This document shows, piece after piece, positions 39,679 through 53,700 of a stretch of DNA of 64,000 nucleotides. Source of the stretch: Hydrolagus affinis (taxonomy: Eukaryota). Under the pieces are notes generated by a model. The model had not been told where the DNA came from, ran no database searches, and worked only from the letters and a program-made list of their open reading frames with translations. Every line of letters begins with the position of its first letter. Within the stretch, counting starts at the first letter, position 1. The position numbers were made by a program, and so were the translations under genes. The stretch is from contig JAAILG010000504.1 of NCBI GenBank assembly GCA_012026655.1, positions 1 through 64,000 of the forward strand, in the 5' to 3' direction.

Positions 39679-40537
39679 TGTTGGAAACTGATGGGTATGG
39701 TTAAAACGTATGGGCACCATAGACTGGATGGTACCAGTTTATGACCCTTGATTTGGGGAGTATGAGGTAAGGGCCATCTGGACACGAGGTAAAGCTTTGA
39801 AGCTAGGATTGGGAGAATGGAATGCGTATCTAACGTCTTCGAGTGTAAACAAACAACTCTTGTAGGGACAGCAGAGTAATGCAAACAAGACTCCCTCCTG
39901 TCCCAGGTTGGACAGAGAAAGGGATGAATGATGGGACCACAAATCTTGGTACCAGCCAGGAAGAATGTCAGCTAAGGAGGTTAGCATAAACAAAGTGTTC
40001 TTCTCTTGATTGGTACTAAGATAAGGAAGGTTCTATGTTTACATTTCTCTGTGGCTCCATTAATATTATTAGACAAAGAAGATGTTAGAACATCAGAGAT
40101 GAGGGTAAGGTTTGGACTGGTCATGGGTCAGGAGGATTTCTGGGTATAAAGATAGGAGAGAAAGAGTGGCTCATTACAACAGTTGTGGAGTGTCTAAGGG
40201 TGAACCGAGATCTCCAGCCTGCCACTGTTGTCCAGAACTACTGGAGCTGGTCATGGTTACAGTTGTTTTGTTTTACAGGCAGAGTTAGATCTGTTAGATC
40301 TGTAGACCTGCAGGACTGGTCCAGATAAGGCGTGAGTACAGCAGCAGACAGAAAGAACACCATCTTGAGATCAACCAACATTCGATTCAGCTGAATCCTG
40401 TTTTAACCGGTAGTATACCTCTGTATTTTAACCAGTCTGTATTTCACACTGTGTATTTATATATATATTAAAAACCATACCTTTTATTACGGATTGTTGA
40501 GTCATCATTTGAACTCTCGGGATCGGAAATCCCAATG
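39679..40537 (+). mobile_element. solo LTR (~860 bp) with 4-bp target-site duplication
   Basis: CTTG|TGTTGG ... CCAATG|CTTG. TATAAA at 40145-40150 and ATTAAA at 40467-40472. Second partial copy near 31015. Confidence 0.7.
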
Positions 40538-41249
40538 CTTGCTGAAAAAAAAGTTTTTTTTTGTCCATTGGAATAGAATGAACAGTAAAAAAAAAAAATC
40601 CTTTTGCAGAGGACCACAGAAAGCCCAGCGGGAATGATTACTTCAACATGTGAAATCTGATGTTATTAAAAACACCCGACAATGTTGCCTATGTGATCTG
40701 GATTTCTCTGTGTAAAAGTGATCTCTGAATCTGACTGAATATGAATCTGCCAAGGCTATTACAAAATGTAGAGTGACAATGTGCAGCATTTTGCTGCAAG
40801 CTACTTTTTAGATTAGAGAGGTAGAAGAAAAAAAATCCTTACAATGTTTTAAAACTGTTGAAGCAGACCAGATCAAAACCTCACGTCCAGCACCTCAAGG
40901 CTGAATAGAAGATTGAAAACTTTCGGCAAAATTTACAAATTATTACAGTTTTGCAATCCACCTGCCCTGGTAGAATTTATCAGATTTTAAGGCGTTTTGT
41001 CCATTGCTATCGGGGTTCTAGCATGTCTGCTGTCTTAATGAATTAGCTGTCTAATAATTTCAACAAAGTCATGTAGTGAACTGACACCAGTTAATGTATG
41101 GTGTAAAGTCTCCTGCCATCGCATCCCCCTAATTATAAATTAAATGTGGCACCATTGAAAAGAAGAATAAAACGCAAACACAAGGAACAGCAGGAATCAG
41201 AAAAGGCCATTCGATCCATTGATCCAAAGTGGTGAAGACCTGAAATGTA

Positions 41250-41505
41250 TTGGTTGGAGCACTCGCCTCAGAAGCAACAGGAACCGGGTTCATTTTCCGG
41301 GCAGAACAAAACTTTAGGCAAGTTTCCTTACTCCAAACGCCAGTTTACCCAGCAGTAAGGAGGAACCTGGATGCTAGTTGATTGGCAGATTGCTCTCCAG
41401 AGGTAATAATCCTTTGAAAAATAACAATAATAATTTGGTCACTCAATCCATGACTGTTTGTAGGACACTGCTATTTGCAATTAGCTGCTATGTTTCACTC
41501 ACAAA
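41250..41505 (+). mobile_element. SINE, long variant
   Basis: tRNA-like head, GGCAAGTTTCCTTACTCC, extra GTTTACCCAGCAGTAAG segment, Deu-like core. Confidence 0.75.
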
Positions 41506-44500
41506 AACATCAACATGGAGGGCCCTATACAAATACAAATTGTTTGTGTTGCTCTTGTTAAATTCCCTATTAAGTTATTAACTATCACCTACAGTATAAC
41601 CCATTATTTTGCATGACTTGTACTGCACTACAATGATAAGCACAGGGGAATTAAAAGGACATTTAATCCATTCCTTCCACAGAGGCCAAATGAATTAGAA
41701 TTAAATTCCTCTCAATGGGGTAATGAAGGGACTGTGTGGGTTGCGAAAGTAAGGAAACTTGAACAATGGTGATGTGGAGAAGAATTAACGTTATCAGTTG
41801 CCCAGCTGAATTGCTTATTTTTCATTCACGCTTTCTTGTATTTTCCAACATTTTGGTACTTTATTATGCTTTCCCGGAAGAGGGAGGCCAGTCATGGGAT
41901 GGGAACATTGCGTTCATCCCTGGTTTGCTCTTGCATGCCCCCTAGCCGCCAGCTCAAATCACTGTTGGATGGAGGCTGGGGGTAGACTGCCATCTTGTGT
42001 AGTTTGCAAAGAATCGGATGGACACATTTTTACATCCCTCTTCCCCACAATAAAATCAACCCAACGTTCTGCACCAATTTACTGCAGTATTAACCTCAAG
42101 TTAACAAACTTAAGTCCTATTTTTAAATTACTTAAACAGTCTGTTTTGGGACCAGAAAACAAATGAAACAAATTTCAGAACAAATGATCAGTTATAGGAT
42201 TGAAGCAGTTAAATTAAATCCACTATTTGGAGAGACTGCTTTCTGATGAATCCATAGAATGCATGACACACACAGAAACTTTCTTTTGAATATTATAGAA
42301 TGAACTGTTTCTAGTACTTAATTCAGCAATCTTATACTGGCATGTAAATTGCCAGTTAAGTGCTACATTTCAGGATTTCTGCTTTTAAATCACAAGCCTG
42401 CCTTCTTCAGCTCCTTTGGGATAATTTCTGATTCTGCCTTTGTTGTTTTAATGTCAGAAAAATAACATGAATGAACATGAATGCATTAGTGCCAGTACTT
42501 GCCTCTGTTGGTTGCTTTAGGTTTTTAAAGTTGCTTGACCTGACATCTTGGTAGGAGATTCACCAGCTTTACAGGGTTCACATTCTCATTGTAAAATATT
42601 CAGAAAACAAGAACAACAAATTACATTTGTACAGTGCCTTTCACATCAGGAGGACATCCCAAGACACTGGGACCACAACCCAAATATTGGCAGAAATATA
42701 GCATTTCACTTATTAAAGGCTCAGCTGAAATTTAAATTACAGCTGTAACAAGTCTTTAATCACAACTATCTCTTGATATTTCTGTCTGTACAAGGCTTTT
42801 CTTAAAATGAATCCATAGCCTCAATCGAACTTCCCAATAAGTCACTGTTTGACAATCTTCAGTGTTTAATAAAAACCTTCTAGTTCTTTTCCTAAATTTA
42901 CCCATCGCATCTCTGAACCTGATCTTTCCTGTTGAATCCGAAAGTATTATTTCAGATTTACTTTATCACATCCGAACACCTTATATGATTAGTTTACTTA
43001 CCTTGAACAATTGTTCTCCATTGCCTCTAAAGTATTGCTAAAGTAAGTATTATATGCAACATTAAAACAATTATAAAAATAACAGTAACTCTCCTGGAGA
43101 ACTGCGAACCTCGAAACAGAAACTCTGATTCACTTTGTATGTTACCTTGAGAAATTATTCATTTCAAATATAGAATGCTTTCACAATGTAATGCTTGCTT
43201 AATACTTCAACAGTGCTGTCTTACTCTCCTGGCATTGCCTGAATCTCTACATACTTTCTGAGGCCTTGGATGCACTAAAGCCAGCATTAGGGGAGGTGTT
43301 ATAGTATTATGTTAAAGTGGTTGTGGCTGCTAATTTTACTTCTCGGTTTGTAACTCTTGGTTGCTGTGCATTGGTTATGGCCGAACACTGCAAGTAGTAA
43401 TATTTTTTCATTCTAACAGATAGCGATGGTGGTGCAAAGGTCTGAGGGAAAACAAAATCACGCAAAATATTATAAGTATAATTTACAAAATGAATGAGAA
43501 AAAATAAAACCTGTAAAAATGATACAAAGTGTAATGTAGAACTCGAAAACCTCATGCGAAATAGAACTTGAGGCAGTCTACAATAAATATCTATCAGTTA
43601 TTTCTTAAATCATTCAGATTAAAACAAAGAGCGACTGTTTTTGACACATTCAGAGATATCACCTTGTAATTAAATTTTTAGTTGCCACAGCAAAATCCAT
43701 GAATATTGCCATACTCATTATCGATTTTATGCTTTTCATGAAATGGAAAAAGTTTCTAAACGTGAAGTTTGAACATAGGACTTCTAGAAATCAAAATGAT
43801 TAGGATTTTAGTTCACTTAATGACAGTAAAATGTCAGCACACAAAATCCATAAACATCAACAGTAAAGGACAAAATATAATTTGCAGAAAGCAGGTAACA
43901 TTTAAATTGGAAGAGCAGAGTTATGTCCAATTCCAACTGCACAGAACACACAGAAACCATTGCGGTTCAACTGGCCAGTCCCAAAGTTTTAAAGAAACGT
44001 AATAGACACAAGCAATTAAATCCCACAGGTTATACAGTCTTGTGCTGCACTAACAAATATCATTGTAATTAAATTTTCTATAAGAAGAAAATAAATGTGA
44101 CTCGGGATTGCTGTTTCATGTCAGACATCATGCTGACCACAAAAGAATTCAGACACCCTCCACAGAGCAATAGGCCAAAGGGTCTTCCTGTGCTGTAAAG
44201 TTGTACGATTCTATATAATATTACCTTTTCAGCTGTAATGTATTCTGTATCAATTATCAGAATTAACCTCTGGAACAAATGCTTTTTTCTTTGTCTCAGT
44301 TTTCATACGTTGCCCTGTGCCTTAAACTCTATATTCTAAAACTCAATGAAATTCTGCTGTTCGATAACAATTACACAATATTTGGAACCCAGAAAATATG
44401 AACCAATGGATGTTGCTAAACTAATCATTAAAATAATGTAATGTAAGTAAATCTAAATTAATGATCAACTCTCAGTAACACGGATTGAAATCAAAACAAT

Positions 44501-44735
44501 TTTAATAGTTCTTGGAGCGATTACAAAGATGAACAAAATCTAAACTCAATGCTTCCAGCTGAGTGATGAATTAAAACTAATTTAAGTGTTGAATGGCAAA
44601 GGAAAAACACATTTGTAAAATGGAGAGACTGCAAAATCACTTTGCGATATGCACTAAGCATTTGTAGCACAAGGAATAGAAAATAAAACTGAATTTGTGG
44701 AAACATTTAATGTAGAAACATTGCCAGCAATCGTA

Positions 44736-47700
44736 CTAGGAGTAGAAATCATGATCATTTTTTTCACTTTCATCAGAAGAGGCACTTTGTTGTTGATCAG
44801 AGTCAGACTCGAACATGGGACTCAGGACAATAGCTTCCCTCGACTTCTGCTTTCTTTGAGCAGTTGTACAATCTCCACTTTCAGCCACATGGTGAGGTAA
44901 AGGCTTGTCATTGTTTGACTGAACATAATCCCCATGTGGCCTAACATCCTCCAATCTTCTGGGGGAAGAGACAGTCACATCACAGTAGCTGAACGCTCTG
45001 AAGTCTGAACGGCGGCTGGCATACCTGTAAGGGTTTTCATCTATACCTGAGGCATAAAAGCCAGTGGGACCCAAGAGACTACTTTTAGTTAAAGTACCTC
45101 GCAAAAGATCCTTTATTTGCCGATTTTCTCGTGCGGTTGATTCCCAGACTGTCTCCAGTTCAGTCTCCACTTGCCTAGAAAACAGCAAATTAATTGCATT
45201 AGTTTCCTTGGACACTTAGATTGCTGGCAAGAGTTACATAATGATGTCACTTCTATCATTGGCATTTCCAATCTCCTGTGAAATGCTGCATGCTCACTAA
45301 AATTCTCCAATTACATTACAATTAACCATAATGAACTTTGAGGGTTGATGAAGAAGATCAAGATTTTCTTAAACACTCAACTGTGTGCTTCTTTAGCTAA
45401 TTTTAAAACTCTTTGTAGTATACCTGGCCAGGAGCATCACAATGGCTGTTCGGAGTCATGTGAATATATATATTCTCACTTTCTGATCACCAACTGAACA
45501 GGTCAATTGATGTCCTCAGTACTTTTGACAATCTGATGTATATGTTTGTGGTGAGAAATCTTTTATTAAAAAAAAGTACGAATCTAACATCTACAAATTC
45601 ATCCCAATAGATCATTAGGATAATAATTCCAACAATGTCAGCTGTGTGTATTCCATGGATATTGGGCATTTCCAGTTTAAAACTAGTTTCAACACAAAAT
45701 ATTTAAAAAATTCAACATAAACTGGCAATCTCATTTTCAATCAGAGTTTCTGTTTCACGGTCTGCAATTCTCCAGGACTGGATATAGTAACAGGAGGTTC
45801 AACGGTCACAAATAACTTCAATGGTGAGTTTTAAATCTGAAAATATTTTGCAACAGGATCCCTCAATAACCAGAAGTACATTTCATTGACTTATAAGGGT
45901 TCTGCTCCGAACTAGATACTGTCTAATCAGTTATTAACTCATTGGGCATGTCAATTAAAAAGACGTTACACTTTCATTGGGTATAGATAATGAAAATGTG
46001 ATTAGGCTTTTCATTAGTCTATAACTTCTGTTGTTCTTAAGCAATACACCACACTATTTTATTTTTCCTTTGAATTATTAAAGTACTGTAATTACACAAA
46101 CACATTATTTTGACAACCTTCAGTTTTGTTTTTAATAATTCTTCCGAAACTAAGATTTCGGTTCGCTGCAAGGTTATGTCTGAGAAATGTAATCTGAAAT
46201 GTGAACGTAGCTGGAGGTTTTTTTTGCTTTGTAAATGCCATCACAACCTATTAATGTCTCAGTATAGCGTTTTTGCCTTTTTCATTACAATTCTAGGTCA
46301 CAGAACTGGAAAGTCACGTGCCATGCATGGAAAAATGTTGTGAATAGTCACTTTGTTTTACACACATGAATTCAAACCGTGGTCGTTAATAAGCACATTT
46401 TCTTCAAGTATAAATGGAAATAATCCATTCAAACCCATGTTTCCCCACAATATAAAGTATTGCTAGTTCTGCGTTTCATTGGAACTGCATTATTCCTTTT
46501 TCCCCTGATTGGTTACAATGGCCTATCACCTCAGATGAGATGCAATCAAAGTTTCTGAGTGGAAATAATTGGGAGAAATGATGGTCTGTTTCGGCTGCAG
46601 GTCTACTGTGTAGAATGAGAGGGAGGTTTTCCTGGTACTACTGAGCGACTCTCTTGCAGTCTGTGGAGAATGCTAAACACAAGAAAATTGGATTACTTGC
46701 CTTGTTCCAAAAATCCAGATCATAATTACATCAGTAATTACTATTCTGCCTCCTCTAGAACAACAGCAACAATTAGATTTGTATAGCGCCTGACCAATCA
46801 AACCATCTGAGGCACTTCTATATGTTGCAGTAAGTGTTATTTACATTGTAATTTCAATGCATCACAATCACTTTTATTCTTTATTTTCAATTTAGGTATC
46901 AGTCTGTATTATGTGGAGGTGCTGACATGTGAAGAATGACAATTCTTAAGTAATTGTATTTTTAAGTGGTGGTACTTTTGAATTTGTTCCATCTGCTGCT
47001 GCTTGTTCTATCCGCTAAGTGCTCTTGAGTTGAAACTCATATTTACGTGATACTCAGCATATAATCAATAAAATGAACTTTCAGACTAAAAATCAATGGA
47101 AACTCAATCTTAACTGTAAACAGATCAGTGAAATAGGTGCACATTGCATACTAATTCTGTACAGCTTGTTTTTCAAAATGAAAATAATTTAAATTCTATA
47201 TAATTAAACCTAAATGTTTGATATTCTGTGACTGTTTCTTAATTTCCCTTCTCCACCACCAAACAACAACAACTTGCATTTATATAGTGAGTAGTGGTGT
47301 CCTGGAGCACTTTACAGTGGTGGAATCTGACCCTGAGGAGAGGTGACTGTAAGCTTGATGAGAAAGGAACATCTTTAGTTGGGATTTGAAAGTGGCACGT
47401 GAGAGGGAGCTGGTCCCATTGTTTGCCACTTCCAGAAATAAGAACACATTTCCTCACAACGCCCATCAAGTCCTCTGAACACCTAACCTTCTAGCCCTCT
47501 GCCTGCTATCCTCACTCACCATCCTCACTCTATCGCATCTCCCCCCCACCCCCCACCAAAATCATATATATAAAAAAATTTACAATAATTTGATCAATCA
47601 ATCCATGACTGTTTGTGGGACACTGCTGTGTGCAATTGGCTGCCACGTTTCACCCCAAAATATACAGTCAATTCACTTTACAGAATATTCTGTGAAGTGC

Positions 47701-50700
47701 TTTGATATGCCTCGAAGACATGAAAAGTGCTATATCAAATCCAAAGATGATTTATTATTATTCCAAACCACTTCTGACTGCTGCAAATCCTCCAATATAC
47801 AAAAATTGCCCCCACTCCCTAACTGAAATTGCTACATCAAATGCACGGATAAATATCTTCTAATACTAATAAAGATGAAATGTCTGTCTGCCATGAACGC
47901 AAAAACGATTAACATAGAGACATGATTTACATCTCATCAGATAGGTCTCGCATAGGGCAGTGTCATGTTCATTTATTCTACCAAGCTCATCATACATGTA
48001 TGAACTCCAACAAGAAGTCCTTGCACTAGAGTCCTTCCAAAAGGATGGATGTGCAAATATGTGAACAAGGAATGCTAACGGGTTCAATACACATTTTAAT
48101 TTCAAGGGATAAAGATGCCTAAGAAGCGAAGATCAAACCTTTCAGGACAAATAAAAATCCCAGACGAAAGAGAGAAGGCAGATTAAATGAAACTGGTTGC
48201 AAGGGTAGCTGTTTATTATAAAATTAGTGAGAGAGAAAAACAAAATCAAAGTAAATCAGGCAAAGCTGTGCAGATAATAAGTAAACTTCTTTGTATGTCT
48301 GGGTTCCAAAATGGGGAATCCATCAACAATTATTTTTGAGGCACTAGCAATTTCCATTCAAAAATGATGCAAAACAACTAATACTTAAATAAGTGTACAA
48401 TTGGCCTCCTTACGGATACACATTGTACTGTATTACTTTTCTAAAAAAAATTATGTGGTCACCACATGTTAGCATTAATGAGGAGAACCGTAGCTTTACA
48501 AAGCCACTGTAAACTTTGCACTGCATCTTCTTACTATGGAACAATTTGGCAAAGACATCCTCAAGATATAATTCTATGATTCAAAAATCTATTCTTCCGG
48601 AAGAGGTTTACTGGCATTAATGCATTACAGTAAACAGAAACAGTAGGAAGGATTAATTGATGTCAAAATTGTGCATTATTTTTATGACGTGCACTTAGGT
48701 TAAGCACTAGGCTGATGCATATCTTCCTCTATGTAAAAAGCGTCTCAATTATAATTCTTGCAACAGTTACAATTCTGCAGAACATACATTTCAAAAGGTG
48801 AAGTTCAGCCTGGTCCACACTGCTTTTCAAGCTCAGCCTGACAAACAAACAAGTATATCTTCATTGAACCATCTATCTCTGGTAGAAGCTATTTTTGTTA
48901 TTTCTGTAACTTTAACTCAAGATGCTCAAACCCTTATATACACCTTCCCTACATGAAAAGGAAATACCAAATGGAAGATAACACACTTTGCTCAGTAGAA
49001 CAGACAATTAGTAGGACAGTCACCGTTATCATCTGTTATAATAGTATAATTCTTGCATTTGATAGTGTTTTTCACGTCATCTAAACGTCTCAAAGAGCTT
49101 CACAGAATACACTGTAAAGTGAATTGACCGTACATTTTTGGCCAAAACGCGGCAACCAATTGGGCACAGCAGTATCCCACAAACAGTCAAGGATTGAAGT
49201 GACCAATTTTATTATATTTTTTTCTTGAGGGATTATTATCAGCACCTGAATCAAGACTGAAACTAATACTGATATCAGACTACTTATATGGTTGGCAAAA
49301 AAATAACATATGGCATGGGTAGATCTACATTGAAAGGAGGAAAATAGGAGTATTCAAGAGACAAATGAAGTTAGTATATAAATGATTAAAAACTTTTATC
49401 ATCTTGATCTGTTGGCTGTACTCTCCATTAATTGTTACAACTTGGGAGAAAGAAATGAATCAGGGAGCACCTGGAACTTGTCCATCTGCCCCAACCTCTG
49501 GGGTAGGGAATGGAGGGAGGAGTAGAAGAGAGAAGAAAATAATTAACCTCAAATGAAAATTGGACACGATACAGACGTAAGAAATTTTGCTTTTACAGAA
49601 AAGTTCAATCGTTTTGCTTCACGTCAGTTAACTGCTGGTAACACCCATAAGGAATTCAAGGACAATGAAGGATGTGTAACAGCGAGGTGCTGGGTGAAAC
49701 GTGCTGCAAGCCAGTCTGGTCTCGGCAAATTAATCAGACACCACAGCAAGTCAGCAAAGCAAGCTGTTTATATACTTCAATTGCTTTAACGCAGTATGTA
49801 ACAGGCCTTCCAAATGGTCAATATTTAAATTAAACCTGCGCTTAAAAAAGGAAATATAATTTTTAAATCATTTGATTATTAAAATATTAATCTATTATAG
49901 CACCTTTTCAGGTCAACCAGATACCTCAAAGTGCTTCACAATATTTCACTGTGCACAAGTGCCTTTACTGTGTTTTATAAGCCAGCACAGCAGCCAATTT
50001 GCACACTGCAATGTCTCGCAAACAGACATGGTGAATGAGCAATTTTATTTGGGGCTGGTGGGGGAGGGTAATTGTTGGGAAGGACATCAGGAGAACTACC
50101 TCTTTGAGAAGTAACATGGGATCTTTAACCTGTACAGATTTAGGTCTCAGTTTAATGTCTAATCCAAAGAATGACAACTCCTGTCATGCAGGGCATCCCC
50201 ATGACTTCACTGGATCTTCAGCCTGGACTATGATCTTAAATTCCTGACATCAGGCTTGAATCCACAACTTTCTGACTTCAGAGGCGAGAGTGTGACCACC
50301 TGAGCTAGACTAACGCTTATTCATCAAATATTTCAGAAGAATTTACTTGTCGCTAGTGATTAGTTTTCTTCACTGAATGAATTCAGTATTAGAATTCCAA
50401 TAGGAGTCTGTAGAGTTGCAATAGATGGTATATAACACACAAGTACTACATCACACTATTAATTATGAACCAGTGTCTATTACTAATATCTTTACCTGGA
50501 TATGACATAAATTTAAATGACATGTTTACCTCTTGGGCAATACATCAATTCATCACCAGGAAACAAAACCTGAAAATATTTTCTCTATTTATATAAATCA
50601 CAGATTAATGACATAGAGATTTTTTTAATATATAAACTTTTCTCCAAAGTCCTACAGACATTCCTTCAGTAACTCACGACAAAATTCAGAAATTAATTCT

Positions 50701-53700
50701 AATGGAGATTTCTTTAATTCATTGTCAATTTTCTGGTATGTTATTTCATTTAATCCGTGTAAAATGGTTCTACGGGCAGTACTTGCTACTTGAACAGCTG
50801 AACAGTTCTGTAGTAGTTCTGGATTTAGCTTTTCAATGATTCAATCTATTGTCTAAAAAAAAAGCACAAAGATTGGCCAAAAGAACTGATTAGGTTTTTA
50901 CTGATTTTCCTCCCTCTGTGCTGATGATGAGATGGGATTTCAGACAGCTGCTTCCACCAAGATGTAAATCTTTGCTAGCATTATCACTGGAGAGAAAGGC
51001 TTCCATTCTTTACACAATCAAAACCTCAGTTACATAAGGACGATTTCAGCTGAAAGTGTCTGCTTTCCCTTCAACATCAAAGAGTACTCAAGGATGCATA
51101 ATATTATATGCAAAAGCATTTGTCTTCATTTCCTCCCTACCCCCTCCCAAAATGGAAGGATTAACTGACGGCCTTCATTTCACATCAAATCAATATCCCA
51201 CAGCTGGCAAGTTGAACATACTGATATCCTCACTGAAGGAAGGATATTATTAGAGCGAGGATAATTCAAACAGCAGTAAAGAGCTTGGATCTGCAATGCT
51301 GCATCATAGACGTTCTAGCTTTCAGTTCGCTAGCAGATTTTTCCCCCTGAACAATTAATCTATTTGTTTACAGAAACAAGTAAAACTATTAGCCAGCAAT
51401 CTGGCAACTGGATCTGCAGCAGTGACTGACTCCAAAAGAGAAAAAAAAATACATTATCAAGGCTAGGATAACTGAATTCTCACTTCTGCCTTTTGTCTGC
51501 GAGTGTGTGGGTTTGTGACAAATTTAATCTGAACAAGGTAGAACATTCATCGAGACACCAGATGGGAATAATAGAACACAGGAGCTTGCAGCTGTGCATC
51601 CGCCCATGCTACCAGTCTGCTCTAATTGGTTTGTATTGGCTGTGACGGGTTTACCTTTTCTGTTCAAGCACTCCATCAAGGGTTTCCTGCTTGTCTTTCA
51701 GCAGTCGCTGGAGGTGGCGTATTTCTTGCTGGTATTGAACAGCCTTTCTGGAAAAGTCCTCTTCTTGTTCCTTCATACGATTGTTGATGTCTCCAAGCTT
51801 CACAGTGGCTTTTGTTTTGTACACCTGCGTGATTTAACAGAGAGACACTGTTAAATCATTTTAATCTGCGTTGAGTGCTTACAACTAACTCATCAATCAA
51901 CTGCTGGCCCGTGGATCAACTGTGGAAAAGCACCTCCCTGGTTAGAAATTTCAGTTGTCTCAATTATGACAAATACCAGGTAGGTTGTTTATACTTTCTA
52001 TATAAACTATTTTAAATAATCTTTAGGTTTTTATTCATATTTAGGTCTGTAAACATTTTGTCCCCCAAACGGTTTTGCAGTACAATAAGTGCCAATGTCT
52101 CATCAATTAATTTAAATTCTGTTAGTTTTAATTTTGCAATTTAAAAAATGTTGTTCTATAGAGTCTTGCTTACAGTGTTCAGTAGTTTTCTGTTTTCCTT
52201 CAAAGCTCAAGGCTGTTTTCTCACAATATTTAGAAATGAACAGAAGCAGGAACGATTATTCAGAAATAAGAGACTTCAGGAGTATTACATTAAACTGCTA
52301 CTTTTAAGCAAATATGAAATTTCTGTGAAGGAACAAGCAAGAAAACTATTGGGTATGCAGACTAAAATATATAATTTGTTTACTTATATTAAAATATATA
52401 TAATCCTTTAAAAAGANNNNNNNNNNNNNNNNNNNNNNNNNNNNNNNNNNNNNNNNNNNNNNNNNNNNNNNNNNNNNNNNNNNNNNNNNNNNNNNNNNNN
52501 NNNNNNNNNNNNNNNNTTGCTTGTAAAGCAAAACTATTCCTTTAGAGTGAAGGAAGGAAAATAATTCAACAAATGCCCTATTAGAATAGCACCTCCTGGA
52601 GTCAAATCCTTTATACAACAGTCGTCCAGAACTTGACAGTGTCCTGCCATCCTGGCTAAAAGAGAAGTGGTGGGGGGTGGGGGAGGGGTGGAGGAAGATT
52701 GGGTCAGCTTCAAGGATAGAAAATGAGTGGGGAGGGAAACTTGCCATATTATCACATATGAAAAATAACAAGATCAGGAAGAAAAATATGGATGAAATGC
52801 TACATTAAATACTGAAATATATACTCAAATGGGCAAGAACAACAAACGCTAATCTTTTTTAAAAAGATATCTCCAGATACTGTCAATATTTTCAACTCCA
52901 TCAGTCATGGTACTCTGTATGATTTTAAAAAAGAGGTGCGGCCGGGAACAAATTTCTATCCGGATGGGGTATGATGTTCACATTTCCTAATGGATGAAAA
53001 AAATAATCCATCTGAATAAGCATCAATCCAGGAAGCAAATGATAAACCCTGGAAATAGAACCAACAGGCAGCGTTTGATGCAAAAAAAACACTGAAGGAT
53101 CGATGACTGAATTTAAAATGGTTCATGAACTCTGTTATCACAGTATTTTTCTCCCCTTGCAGTTTGACTACACTTGCCCTCATGTTATATTTTCAGCTTC
53201 ATCTATTATTCTAACGGATCATCATAAAACAACACCTTTCTTTTAAATTGGATTAAACGAAGAATATGCAAATGTAACTAATTTCCATTTCAGTTGAGAA
53301 AATATATTCATGATTGGCAGTTGGTAGCTGAATTCTGCCCAGACTGATAGAGAAAGATCTCATCTCACTCTCTCGCATTTGGTGCTTGCTGTACCTGACC
53401 TAGGAGTGTTTCAGGTAAATATCTGGAAGTCAAAATATGTCTCTCTATTGCCATCCTCGCTTTGATCAGTATCGAATCAATCATAAATTTCAAATACCCA
53501 AGGTTCAAAGGTGCAAAGTAATAATTCAATAGTTGCAGATTCAATAATTGCTTATCGAAAGGCAATATCATAGAAAAAGCAATTACTGTATAGCTAAAAA
53601 TTCTAATGGCAAAATATAAGCAGAGAGAATGTAAAAACATTTCATAGCACCTTGTCACATTGAAACAGCTAAAAGTGCTTTCAATGAATTATTGCACAAT

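Noticed and set aside
51830-51858. Iron-responsive element (CAGTGT on the minus strand within a hairpin)
   Set aside because: CAGUGN is not the apical loop of a 5-bp stem with a bulged C, and the site is intronic.
52346-52771. 141-aa ORF
   Set aside because: It is an artefact of reading through the N gap.
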